A DNA stretch of 64,000 nt from Paraspadella gotoi (Eukaryota; Animalia; Chaetognatha). Under the pieces are notes generated by a model, which saw only the letters and a list, made by a program, of their open reading frames with translations, did no database searches and was not told the origin of the DNA. The stretch spans positions 6,408,391-6,472,390 of the forward strand of contig CM119270.1 of NCBI GenBank assembly GCA_051294375.1, given 5' to 3'. This document shows positions 40,935-64,000 of this stretch, one piece after another. Both the position numbers and the translations under genes were made by a program. The stretch's first letter is position 1. Each line of letters starts with the position of its first letter.

Positions 40935-41667
40935 CTTGGATCTTGAAAATCTCTCCTCTCCGCAGATTTAGTTGTTCTTATGTTTTTTGTTTTGTTTTTT
41001 TTTTCTCTAATTTTTTTTTAGTTTCTTATTCGCCGAATTTTCTCGTTGATGATAATACTTGACACTTTTCTTGGTTTACGAAAAACTACCTGTCTTGCGT
41101 TGATTCATTTATTCTTAACTTTCAATCTCAAATATAAAAAAAAATATTAAGTTATGAAGTTTAAAACCACAAATTCCGCGTTTATGTTTCTTAGATCAAC
41201 GGCTGCCAAATGTTTATTCTTCTCTAACTAATGATTCTATTGATTCAGTTTTTATTGCAATAAAATATTGTAGCGTTGATAAACGCTTTTCCGGGGCGTG
41301 TAATATTAATGCCGCTACCAAAAGACGGCTATCTCAATCCAATGTTTTCATGAAAAATTCAATAGGACTGATTTAGTTGAGCAATCAGAGATCCTAACGC
41401 AAAACATTCTCGTCCTTATCTGTTGGATATAAATAATTACGTTCAATGAAATTTATAAAAAAAAAAATCTTAGTTTAATCTGAGTGCATTTTTTTTTACG
41501 GAAGTGATGTTTATAAACACTTAGACATGGATTAATGTACAAAAAAGAATTTACATAATACAGGGATGGCTTTACAAAAATATATTGTAATTTTTACATT
41601 GGATCTGAAAACAGAGATTCAAATTCTATTATAGTTAATATTACGTATTTACAAAAAAAAGCCAATT

Positions 41668-43857
41668 TTACAAATTGAAATTCTTGTTGATGAGGAAGAC
41701 GAGCGACGCGACGAAAACGACGATAAAATCGAGGAAGTTTTGACGGGCGACGTTTTGGATCCCGTGTTCGAAAACGGGAACGTTTTCACTGAATTTAAAT
41801 CGTAATTAAGTTGATATATTATATATATAAACTAGATCCGCTTGATATCATTTTCCTTCATTCTTGGATGGATTGGAGGATGAAGGGAAGGTAATAACTA
41901 AGAGATAGATAGATAGATAGATAGATAGACAGATAGATAGATAGATAGATAGATGTTCGTTTGATCGATTGATTGATTTCTCACCTCGTGCACAACTCGT
42001 TTCTTTCGTCAGAGTTGTCGCCGCAGTCGTTGACTCCGTTGCACAACTGATCCGTTCGAAGGCATCTGGAAGTCAGACAAAATTTGTAATAGTTTGTATG
42101 CACGCTTATGTTTAGAAGATTATAAGTTAAGTGATCATTAGTTTGTTCAATTGTATTTCCAATTATAAAACGGGATTATTTCAATGGGATGTAAACGATA
42201 AGCATAATTACTGGTCATCATTTTATTCAAATTAGTTTATCTCTCTTCTCTCATCTCTCATCTACTTAACCCTTTCAATTCCCTAAAATTATCATTATCA
42301 TAATATCATTCCATAAAATTAGCTATGTATGTATGTCTGTCTTCCGCTATTTATCAGTCCATTTTCGTTTATAGAAATTTTTGGTGGCTGGACCCCTCGA
42401 CCTACTTGAATTTATTCCTGCACTGAAAGAGCAGAGCAGGGCAGCGCTGCTCCTGCTGCGGAATGTAGTCGTCCACTTTGGTGCAGAGCCGCATTCCGCA
42501 GGGATCCACGCAGCAATTTTCGTCGGGGGCGCAGTCGGTCGGTATGGAGCACGTGACGCCGCAAAAGACGTCGTTGTACTGGAGGAGGAGGGCAGGAGGA
42601 GGAGGAGGAGGAGATGAAGGAGGAGGAGGAGGAGGGGAGGGAGAGAGAAGGAAGATGGGAAAAAGAGGGGAAGGGTAAAATGAGAAGAGAATCAGAGGAA
42701 GGGAAAAAGATGTGAATTGTAGAAAAATACAGCCAATACAGCAACAACAACACAATACCATCGAGAAAAAAGTAAACCAAAAAATGATTGAATGAATTAT
42801 TGAATTATCAAATGTTTGAATAATTGTGAAATGCTTTATTAAATTTAGACAAGCAATGAATGAAAGAAAAGCAATAACTCCTCGAGACTTTACTGGTTGT
42901 TTAATATTTTTTCTTCCGTCTCAGATAAATTTCCGCCATCTGTTTTACGTCGGATATCAAAAGCTTCGATCTCTCCCCAGAGATGTAATCATTTTTATAT
43001 CTTTTTTATATTCTATCTTTTATCTCTTTCTCCCTCACTTTTTTATTCTAATCTTTTTTATTTTTTACTTTTTTCTTTTACTTTTTGTTTTACCCATTTC
43101 TCATATTCTTCTCATTACATCTGCCTCTTCCTTTCATCTTCGCTCATGGACTTTTATTTTATTTCGGATTTTCTCTTCTTCGTCTTTCCTTTGTCTTTCT
43201 TTTCTTTTCTTTTCCTTTTCCTTATTCTTTTCTTTTTATGCTCATCCTCGTGTTATGTATCCCCCAACTCCTACGGGGCCTTTCGTCCACCGACGATTTA
43301 AGCCTGACCGGAATTTCCAAAAATGGAGACCCGGGTTGAGAGAATTAAAAGAAGGCAAGCTGCTGAGGCGAAATCGGGGCTACACAATAATAAACTGCAC
43401 CGGGTTACGAATTGAATATCTACTCGTTCAACGAATAAAAGTACTTAATATAGTTAATGGAGAAAGTCTGTGGCTCTCGCCACTAGCGTCAGTTGTTATT
43501 GTTGAAATGTTTCCTACGAATATCGATCTCAGAAAAGAAAAAATATAGGAAGACGGAACGAACTTTTATGAAGCATCAAAAAAGTCTCGTGAGAATTTTT
43601 GGGGAAAAAGCTGCTTCGCTTGCTTATATTGTTCCTTTGTTTGGTTGTTTTTTTAAAATTTTTTGCGCAGTTACCAAAAGTAATAGACATTGCATTGCTC
43701 TCATTTTTTTAATTGGGAAATTCTAACGATAAACAATTAGAACAGTACGATTTTTCAGATGATTCATAATTCAAAAGTCTGAACAAAATATTAATTATGT
43801 CACGATTTATTCGACTAATTGGCTTTAAGAAATCAATTGAGTGGGAGAGGCAGAACA

Positions 43858-43937
<80 letters not shown>

Positions 43938-45016
43938 AGAGAGAAGAGAGAGAGGAGAGAGTTCTGAGGGTGATAATGAATGTTAGATATGTCGTCATCG
44001 AGCGCAACCTTTGACTTCTGGTTTCGCTACTTTTCACCTTTCGATCGCTCGAACACGATTTCGGAAAAAGTCACAACATGGATTTCATCAAGTATATATA
44101 CAAGAATTGATGACAAATTGACAATGTGGGATCATGGCAGAACTTTAACTTTAACAATTAAACCACCAGTATGAACGAGAACCAAAGCTCAAAGCTCAAA
44201 TCATAAATCCGAAATCCCGAATTCTAAATCCCCAAATCCCCAAATCCCCAAATCTCCAAATCCCCAAATCCCTCTCACCATGATGTTCTTGAGATACTGG
44301 GAAGTCGTCGTCCTCCTCAGCCGACATTCCGCCTCCGTCGGCGTCTTGACAACCAACGGGTCCTTTGGCACCTCGTTGCAGAATCCAACGTTCTTAGGGC
44401 AGATGCCTCGTTGAATGCCCCACTTGACGAGATCGTAATCCTGTTGGACGGTTTATGGTTTGGATATGATAAATTATGCCAGTTTAAGCGAAATATCCTA
44501 GATGACTGGCTATACTATGGTGGACCTTTTGGCGGTCTAATGCACTATTACTGAAACAGCCTTTTCTAATATAGAGAAATAACGTCACTGCAGACACTTT
44601 TCGGTTTAAAAACAATGTTGAAAGTTGTGTATTGAGAAATGAGTATTTGCTACAAACTTATGAACCATAAACCTTTTACGTAATTATGAAATTGGTACAA
44701 CCAAAAAAAAAATTATCCATTCTTTCAATTAATAAGCTATCTTGCTCCTGACTTTGGACAGGCCTTGGTGATTTAAGGCCTCCATCAATCTAACAAGATG
44801 ATAGCAGGCTTTCAATCTCTCTATCTTTCAATCTCTTTCACAGCAAATTATAAATTCATCGATGCCTTAATAAAAACTTTTCTTCTTTAAATTCACCTGA
44901 TAATCGCGAAACTTCCAGGTTTCGAAAGCGTATTTTTCGTTTTCTGTCTCCTTCTGTCCTGACGTCAATCCCCAACAGAAAACGAAGCAAAGGAAACACG
45001 AGATCGTCAAATCCAT
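41668..45016 (-). CDS. Secreted/GPI-type protein with a WAP-like four-disulfide core and an LDL-receptor class A repeat (exons 45016-44897, 44440-44279, 42578-42406, 42065-41985, 41788-41668)
   Basis: Signal MDLTISCFLCFVFCWGLTSG; RGICP..C...[60 protein letters not shown]; hydrophobic C-terminus FIVVFVASLVFLI; splice phases compatible. Confidence 0.85.
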
Positions 45017-45706
45017 CACCTATCTTGTTTTTTTTGTTCCACGAAAAAGTTTTTTGTTTTGTTTTGTTTTAGCTTTTTTGTTTTGTCTTTTGTGCGACTG
45101 GAATCGCCTGTCTGAGCAGAAAGCTTTTCTTTAGGACTGACCTCGACGACTTTTAAATAAAGCGTCGAACAATGACGAATTAAAAACAATTTCGACAATG
45201 ATTCGTTTGTTATATGTTTTCTGTACTTACTTATACTTTTCCTTGGTTGGTTACAGACGATGTAAGTTTACTCTTTTAGTTTATTTTAGTTTCGAAATGA
45301 GTCAAGTTCCAAAGAAGAGGTAAGTTCGTTGAAAACAGGTTCTCGGAATCAGGGCGTAGTTGCAACGAGGAAGAAGAGAAATAGTATTGAGATTGACAGA
45401 GAGAAGGAAGAGGAATTTTTCGGAAGAGGAATTTTTCGGAAGAGGAATTGAGTAAGTTAAATTTTTTTGAAAAATTATTAGGCTTTTGTTTTCCTCAATA
45501 ATAAAAGAATTAAAACGAATTTCAATGCGGCTGTAAGAACTTATATTTATTTAAGATTCGTGGAATATTGGTTACATAAATACAATTAAATAGGTGTACA
45601 ATACGAATACGGAATTTTCATGCAATCTCACAGACTATAAAGACAATTAGTGTGCTGGAAGCCAGAAAGTGTGTCAGCATTGAAAAAAGGAATGAATGCA
45701 GAAAAA

Positions 45707-45766
<60 letters not shown>

Positions 45767-45981
45767 AAAAAGAAAAAAAGAAAAAAGTAAGAAAGAAAAT
45801 AAAAAATAAAGAAAGAAACAAAAAAGGTAAAGGAAAAAAAGAAGAAATAATTAAACCAACGAGGGCAGAGCTCAAAATCAAACGATTTAAATATTTAAAT
45901 AAGGAAAAGCGAAAATTGAAATTTTCTAAAAGATAGGCAACAAGTAAAAACTCCGATTAGACTCGTTTTTTTCATTTTTTC

Positions 45982-47385
45982 ATCGTTGTTTTCCAGACGA
46001 AAGGATTTTTCGGATGAGCCTCACCATCTCCGCGTCGCTGAGTCCAGATCGTTTGCCTTAAATAATCAGGATCGTGGGGAAGTTCCTATCTTTCTGTCTC
46101 TCTCTCTCTCTCTCTCTCTCGCAATTTGTAGTACTCTACGTTACTTTTATAAACTAATGGGGGCGCACACAAATAATTTTATTATTTACCTGGCGGTAAG
46201 ACCCCGATGTGGCTTCGCAAAAACAGATCGCCCAAAGGGCTATTTTTCCTCCTCACGGTCATTTTTAGAAACATTTTATCATCATCATCATCATCTCTCT
46301 CTTTTTCTCGCTCTCTCTCACCCATTTGTTGAACCGAACAACTTCCACTCACGCATCCCAGTTTGATCCCGTAGGCTTCATCGTGTGCTGAGCGTACAAA
46401 GTGAATTGGTCAATCAATCAAGTAATAGCTCAATAATTCAATCAGTCAATCAATCACTCAATAATTAGATTACCTAATTATTTTATTATGAATACCTAAA
46501 TAAATCCAACGTTTAAATAACCCCCCCAAAAAAATAACTATGTAAGTTTAATACAATGAACGCGTAAAAGATGAGAGAAAGTAAATTCTATGAATCCATC
46601 ACTCAGTCTCACTGATGCCGCTGCAATCTCCGTTCGAGCTGCAAGGATAACTTTGGCAAAAGTTGGAGATGCAGATTTGCTTGGAGGGACATTCCTTGCT
46701 GTTCATCACGCAAATCTAAGGAAATGGGAAGGAGGGCGGGCGAGAGCATTATCTTTGACATTATCTTTTTCTAGATCGTACGACACGTAATTTATAATAA
46801 TATAATAATAATAATAATATCAACAACAACTAAATTTAAATGTTTCAATGATAAAAGAAATATCCACTTTATCAACGAATTATCCTTCAAAAAAGAACAA
46901 AATGTCACAACCGATTTGCTTTGTTTATTTTGTTTGTCTGGATTTTTTTCCTTTCTTTTAAATTTGATAACTTTTGACATTCGTTTCCCTCGATTTGATA
47001 CGGAAACTAGGAGAGTCAATAGCGGTTACGAAGTGTGTGGTTTGACACTTTAATATATAAAGCGTTCGAGGAGCAAACTTCACAGAAAGACTAGAAAGTA
47101 AAGAGGAAAGAAAATAAATAGAAAAAGAAAAAAAGGAAAAAAAATTGAAAAGAAAATAAATTTAAAAATAGGAGAAAAAAAAAGAAGAAAACAAGTTCAA
47201 AATAAGATTTAAAGAAATATAAAAAGATTTAACGTATGGTTGTTATAAGCTTAGTTTATCGAGACAGTCAGAATTAATGAAATAATAATTGATTTAAGAT
47301 TAGTTGGCATTCGCCTCACCTGACCAGAAACGCCGCCGGCGACGAAAATCAACGCCAGGACGAAAATCACGAATTTCGCCGTCAT
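45982..47385 (-). CDS. Small secreted cysteine-rich peptide precursor (exons 47385-47320, 46715-46613, 46387-46322, 46239-46190, ~46055 to stop)
   Basis: Signal MTAKFVIFVLALIFVAGGVSG then QICVMNSKECPSKQICISNFCQSYPCSSNGDCSGITHDEAYGIKLGCVSGSC; GT-AG junctions; frame of the last two exons is ambiguous. Confidence 0.72.
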
Positions 47386-47685
47386 CTTCTTAATTAGATA
47401 AAAAAGAGTAAACAATGCATTAAACCGGGTAAGGACTTTGCTAAGTCGTTTCACAGTGAATCTTGATTGTATAAGAATTTAAATTATTAAATAACTATGT
47501 CCTAGTTGTAATTAAAAATAATATTTGAATTAGGTCAAGTTGGTCACAGGCGTTGTAGTGAGGAAAGGGAGTTTAGTTCACTTGTTCTTTTCTCCATCCA
47601 AGCATCACAATACTTTACACATTATTTTTTTATAGTTTTATATTACACTAGCATCATCATGCAATTATGTATAATGTAAATTGTC

Positions 47686-47947
47686 ACAGAAAGTTTGATT
47701 TGGAGTATGACAACGATTTGATTTTATTAGCAAAAACAGACATGTTTCGGCTTTGCTTGCAAGCCTTCATCGGCGTTAACATTTGTGATTTTTAAATTTA
47801 TTTTTGTGTAAAAATGTTAACGCTGATGAAGGCTTGCTAGCAAAGACGAAACATGTCTGTTTTTGCTAATAAAATCAAATCGTTGTCATACTCCAAATCA
47901 AACTTTCTGTAACTACTTCAAACAACGAAAAAGAAAGGATTTATATC
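47686..47947 (+). mobile_element. Penelope-like element footprint: inverted pseudo-LTR pair with 3' tail
   Basis: ~99-bp inverted repeat (47686-47784 / 47812-47910), ~37-bp tail, flanking 16-bp direct repeat ATAATGTAAATTGTCA (47671-47686, 47948-47963), hammerhead core in the arms. Confidence 0.85.
47819..47861 (+). ncRNA. Minimal type I hammerhead ribozyme motif
   Basis: AACG-CTGATGA-A-GGCTTGCTAGCAAAGAC-GAAAC-AT-GTC-TGTT: core boxes, stems I and II, palindromic ACATGT stem III, GUC site ending at 47857. Confidence 0.85.
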
Positions 47948-48588
47948 ATAATGTAAATTGTCAAAACATAATATTACCTTTCAAATCGTTGAAAAAAAAA
48001 ACTGCGGAAGGGAGGTAATTTTTTTTCAAAAATTGTTTCTTTGACGAAGGCAACTTCACAAGAGAAAAATAAAACAGTGAGAGGGTTCGCGAGAGAGGAG
48101 GAAAAGGAGGAGGAGAAAGATGAGGAAGAGGAGGAAAAAATGAGGAGGAGGGGGAGAGACGGAAGAGGAGGCGATGAAAAAAAGGAGGAGGAAGGAGAAA
48201 AAAAAACTTGTTTACGAAGCTAAGTTTAATTATTACTATCTAACTCAAATTCGTGAGAGAGTTTGTATAAAAGCGATGCCATCAAGATGAATACGAGTAT
48301 TTATAAATGTAGTAATGTACCAATGCAAGCAATCAATGTGAAAAACTACAAACGTGCATTTCTTGACGTTGTCAAACGATAAGAAAATGTTTCCTTTTTT
48401 TTTTTTTTCGAAAGGGACAAAATGTTTCTCTCCGATTTTCTCAGCCTCATTTCGACGAGGATTTATAGCTGGTGACCGTTGACCCTTAAAGAGACATAAA
48501 TACACATTAACAATTAAACCCAAAAAAAGTAACAATTTAACTTATGGATAAGGCGCTAAGTAGGCTGAAGACTACTATCCGTAACTTC

Positions 48589-48800
48589 TATGCCCCCTTA
48601 GCAGTCATGGAACGGGTCCTGGTTTTGGAACCAGGCTGGAGGGCTTTCCGCGCTCCCAAGGCGGCTCACGGCCGTCCTCACGCTTCCCGCAGGGTAGGTA
48701 CCAGGTTGGGATTGAACCCGGTACTTGGTGATCATGAGCCGATGGGTATACCGGGTCACGATTGAAGGAGTCGTGCTTATAGGCGGGGTGAACCTATACA
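48589..48800 (+). mobile_element. Putative solo LTR, family 4
   Basis: TATGCC...TATACA, flanks CTTC/ATTC, homologous to 565-669, chain of hairpins. Confidence 0.6.
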
Positions 48801-48927
48801 ATTCCCGACCACAAACTGCCTCCGACCTCACCTTCGGAAGACGAAGAATGCCTCTCAACGGCGTAAGTGAATCCCATGTTCTCCGGAATCGTCGTAGGGA
48901 CGAAATTCGGTTTCAGGACGCGACGAT

Positions 48928-48981
48928 CGCCTTTGGCCGCTTCGCCTTTGGCCGCTTCGCCTTTGGCCGCTTCGCCTTTGG
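48928..48981. repeat. 15-bp tandem repeat (CGCCTTTGGCCGCTT) x~3.5
   Basis: Direct reading. Confidence 0.85.
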
Positions 48982-49298
48982 ACGCATGGATTCTGGCCTT
49001 TTCGTAACTAGTCCGTTGGAGTCCGATATCATCTCCTCTCGTATTCACGAGTTTCATACTTGTTTTTACATTCCTGTTTTTTTCTCTCTCTTCTCTCAAG
49101 TTTCTTTCCTTTCTTGCTTTTCTTTCCTCTGTTTTCGCTCCTCTTTCCTCGTTCATCGCTCCTCTTCCCTCATTCATCGCTCCTCTTTCCTCGCTCCTCG
49201 AATCATCGATAAATTTTCGGGTTTTCATTTTCGTCGTCATCTTCGTTGTCGCCAGCGGCTGCTGCGGCTGCGGCGACGTGGGCGTCGGCGTTGTCGCT

Positions 49299-59919
<10,621 letters not shown>

Positions 59920-60494
59920 CTAAGATACAAAGAACTTTTAAACAAAAGACTTGAGTGGAAAGTTTAACCCATTCGACGGCGCTAGTGGTCTCTTAGAATT
60001 TCCGATTTGGAAAACTGTCATTTTGTTCATGAATGTGATTCGTCGGGGAGAAGAAAAATTAAGAAACTTGACGGAAAACATAAACGTAAAAGTCAATTCT
60101 AATTTTCTTCTCTGATAATTTTGTTAAATTTTGATGCTTTTTCTCTTTTTAAGTTTCTATTTCAATCTTACGAAAACTGGCAAGATTAAAATATAAAAAA
60201 AAGCTCAACTATTTAAAAACTAAGAAAAAAAAAGGTTTGTGAACAATCGAGAAGAATTTTGATCCTTTTCAAAGATAAAACTGTTTTTCTCTGATTCACT
60301 CTTGTTTACGAACATAAAACTTTTTTTCACTTTCATTTTTCTTTAAAAAAATTTCAAACACGCGAAATATCGATTCGAAAAAAAAGTATAGTAATCATCA
60401 TCCGACAAAATTCGTAAAAAGAAAAAGAATAAAAAAACTTGAAGGGAAAAATCTCTCGAAACTCCACGGGATTAAATTTAAACGAAGTCGGGTT

Positions 60495-61749
60495 ATGGAC
60501 CAAACGGAAGGTAGACGCTATAAAAAAAAACAACAAAAAACCAACAAAAACTTCCTTTTTATTTGTGTGTGTGTGTTTGTTGAAAAAAAACAAAAACAAA
60601 CTACAATCAGGTTGTATTGTGTACTTATTTGTGCAAATATTTCTAGCTAAAGTTTAGTCTATAACTTGGATCATGACTTCCCAATTCCCATGTTCCCAAC
60701 TGTTTTTCGTTTCTATCGCCAATCATTTACCTTGCCTTGCTCTAAAGTTCATTTCGTATCTTGAATCATTTCTTTTTCATTTCCTTCCTACTTTTTATTT
60801 ATTCCCGATTCTCTGATTACTTTTTTTTTCCCCACCTTCCAACTTCCACCTCCCCCTTTATTCACTTCCCCCTGCGCCCCCCCTTTCCACCCTCCAGAGT
60901 GGTTCTACATCAGGAGTCGACTCAACGGCTTCGTGCTGGAGGAGATGGGGAAGGGAGAGGAGTTGATGTTGAACCCGGAAGCGGGGAGGGCGGGGCAGCG
61001 CTGGAGGTGGAAAGGAAATTCTCTCGTCAGTCAAAACGATCTGGCCATCGATCTCATGGTAAGGGAGGGTTGGTCACCTCATGGTAAGAGAAGGTGGGTC
61101 ACCTCATGGTAAGAGAGGGTGAGTCACCTCATGGTAAGGGAGGGTGGGTCACCTCATGGTTCAGAGATGAGTGAGTAAGTCATGCTAATTTTTTAAAATA
61201 AACAAATTAAAAACATAATTGTGAGATGCAAAGTTTAAATTGACTTTACGCTTGGGATATATAACGATTTTGATTTAATACAAATAATACGAAAAACAAG
61301 TTTTTAACTGAGGATGTGAAGACATTAAACATTTTTGTAGAGTTTGTTTTGCACGTTTTTAGCATTTTTTTATATTTAAAAAAAACTTTTAAGGGTTTTA
61401 AATATCTTTTCGCCATGATGAACGAGGAAGCAAAGGCGAGATCTCGGGGATGATCCAATGGCGCGATTATTTAAAATCCAGTTACATCAGATGATCTTTT
61501 GTTTGTCAACGAAATTTGGTTTTTCGCTTTCTTCTATTTATTCTTCAGTTTTATTCATTGTTTTATTCTCTCAGTTTTATGTTCCCTGGTCCCCGGAAAA
61601 CCGCGTAAAAAATGATTCCACGAAAACAAAAGAACAAAAGCCAACTTTTAAAATGAAAAAAAATCTTTTTTAACTTAGTGGGAATGAAAAATCGTAAAAA
61701 ATCACGAGCGAAGGGCCGAAGCAACGGTCGTTTTTTTCAGTTTTCATTC

Positions 61750-61841
<92 letters not shown>

Positions 61842-63113
61842 ACAAAAAAGTAAAATAAAGGTGGGAAAAAAGGAAAAGAAAGACAGGCGAAAAAAGGAAA
61901 AGAAAGAGAGAGATAAAGACGAAGAGGAAGTAAAGAAAAGCAGAGAACAAGGAGGAAGACAGAGAAGGAGAGAGACAGAGAGAGAGAGAGTACCCAGCTC
62001 TTTTTTTTTTTCCATTGTACTCGAACGTCAACGAGGGATCCTTTCCAATCAATTAAGGGGCCCATGGACGGGGATTGGAGCAACGGAGCCCTGATCATCG
62101 CCTGGCCGCCTCATAATGGAATTAATCAAATATGGAGGTAATTGCTTTTTTACTCCCGCTGCTCATTTGTTTGGCGAAAGCAGGTTTTTTTTCTATCGTG
62201 CTCTCTCGCTCGTTACTTTAAAATTAGTTTAAAGTTTAGTTCGGGTAGTATGTTTACTTTTTATTTTACTTCTTTCAGTTTAGGCTAATTGAGGTAGTTT
62301 TTCCTTTTTATTTTTGCCCTCTACTTTATTTTTAAAATTAGAAAATTGTCAAGTGCCATTTTCATTTTTTTAGGTTCAGCTTAGGTTTTAATCATTTACA
62401 TATTAGTTTACATTCATTTATAGTCAGTTACTTTGCTACTTTTCCCGGCCCACGGACTCTTTCTTTTTAATTTCAATGCTCAGTTGTTTTTCTTGGGCGT
62501 AACGATTTCTTCGCTTTGTTTATGTTAATTCAATTTCTCTCTCGCTTTTGTTTTTGTTTGAATAATAAAATCTCTCCTTTTTTTTCTCTCTCGTTCGTAA
62601 TTACATTAATTCTTTTCCGCAATTAATTTTTCATGACAAAACAATGAGGTTTTTGTCCCTTGCCCTTTAATTTCGAATTAGATAGTTTGATTACTTAACA
62701 TTATGAAAATAATAGAAAAAAGCAGGATATTTTTGTAATATTAATTTCAAAACCCACCGACCCTGGTCTCATTTTAACGTTTTATTTTTCACTCTTAACT
62801 CTGGACTCTTTTTGTATTATCTTTTGCATTGAGAAATTAATAGTATCCGTTTGATCGTTTTCTACTCATTGATAGTCATTTATCATCTATATATTAGGTT
62901 GTCAGCTCCTTTTCCTCAAATAAACTTTTCCTTTGTCATCCTTTATCCGTCTCGTTTGTCATCAGGTTCGACGCCGAGCGGCTGATCGATCTCGGAGGAA
63001 CCAACTTCCTTCTCGAGGTCGAGGGTTCCAATCCTATCGCCGCCACTCGAGTCGTGGCCGGGCTCGATCGGGGGACCCAGAGTCAATTCTGGTCACTCGA
63101 TCCGATTGGGGAA
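60495..63113 (+). CDS. Ricin-B (beta-trefoil) lectin domain protein, no signal peptide seen (exons 60495-60510 tentative, 60898-61058, 62058-62137, 62966-~63113; may continue)
   Basis: WFYIRSRLNGFVLE...GQRWRW; GALIIAWPPHNGINQIW; FLLEVEGSN...SQFWSL (one homopolymer frameshift): three QxW repeats. Confidence 0.8.
61053..61160 (+). repeat. 25-bp minisatellite repeating the splice donor
   Basis: ctcatg|gtaag(g/a)gagggtgggtcac repeated ~4 times. Confidence 0.85.
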
Positions 63114-63154
63114 GTCAATACGGTGGAGGGGGAGGGAGAGTGAGAGGGGTAAGA

Positions 63155-63244
<90 letters not shown>

Positions 63245-63519
63245 AGATGTATTTCGAAAATTTCGTATATGGGATAAAAAGAGATAAAACGTAGCAAGAA
63301 TTATTACTTAGTTTTAATCCCTCGCTTGAGCTTTTAACTTCGTCTATATTGTTCGTTTAATTCATTGGATAAACCGCTTTTGTTTTTCTGGCGACTGTTA
63401 ACCTACGTTGAATTAATATTTCCTACATTTATTTGACGAAAATAAAACTTGAAACAACATTTTACTTGTAGTTTTAGGCTCATAAGTTAATATTTTCTGC
63501 TTCTCTCTCTCTCTCTCTC

Positions 63520-63590
<71 letters not shown>

Positions 63591-64000
63591 CTCAACTTCG
63601 CTTTAATTTCTCTTTTCCTAAACCGTTTCTATTAGTCTATTACTACTGATGAGAAGAAGAAAGGAATAAAGAAGAAGACGAGGACGAGGGGGAAGAGGAA
63701 GAAGAAAAAGAAGAGTAAGAAGAGGAGGAGGAAGAGGAAAGACAAACACGATGAGAGAGGAGGAGGAGCAGCCCAAAAGAGGAGGAGGAAAGGAACGAGT
63801 CCAGGCGGTCGCGTCTCGTAATCTTCCTTCATTCTTCTTTTCTTTCCTCCCTTTATTTCTCGTCTCTCTGTTCCTCCGTTTTTTTTTTGTTCTTCCTTAA
63901 TTTTCCTCTTTTCAGTTCGTCCTTCGCGAGAAATGGAATCATTTTTTTTTCTTTATTTTTCTTCTGAAAATCAAAAACTCTAAAATCATTTCGTTTTTGA

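Larger units (their letters stand above)
33881..45710. repeat. Tandem duplication 2, copy B
   Basis: Colinear with 21790-33880; exons mostly read in frame here. Confidence 0.95.

Noticed and set aside
61053-61160. CRISPR-like array
   Set aside because: No unique spacers, eukaryotic intron, no cas genes

Overview
Animal (invertebrate-like) genomic DNA: AT-rich introns, GC-rich exons, many (GA)n/(GTC)n microsatellites, N-gaps up to ~21.7 kb and indel-rich (long-read-like) sequence after ~13 kb. Spliced genes read from the sequence: FoxJ2/3 (+), an FKRP/LicD-like type II membrane protein lacking the DxD motif (+), a multi-LIM protein (-), a signal-peptide/WAP-like/LDLa/GPI-like protein (-), a small secreted Cys-rich peptide precursor (-), an MDM1-like gene (-) with an XK-related gene (+) nested in an intron, and a ricin-B lectin (+). 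Two large tandem duplications (~5.7 kb and ~12 kb) look like haplotype or gap-filling artefacts. The most interesting content is a set of tiny non-coding LTR retroelements (TRIM-like). Two full-length elements with unrelated, hairpin-dense LTRs share a tRNA-Trp-like PBS and an internal motif, one is presence/absence polymorphic, and there are several solo LTRs. Two Penelope-type insertions carrying minimal hammerhead ribozyme cores, each flanked by a 16-bp duplication, are also present. All annotation was by eye; no searches or folding programs were run.
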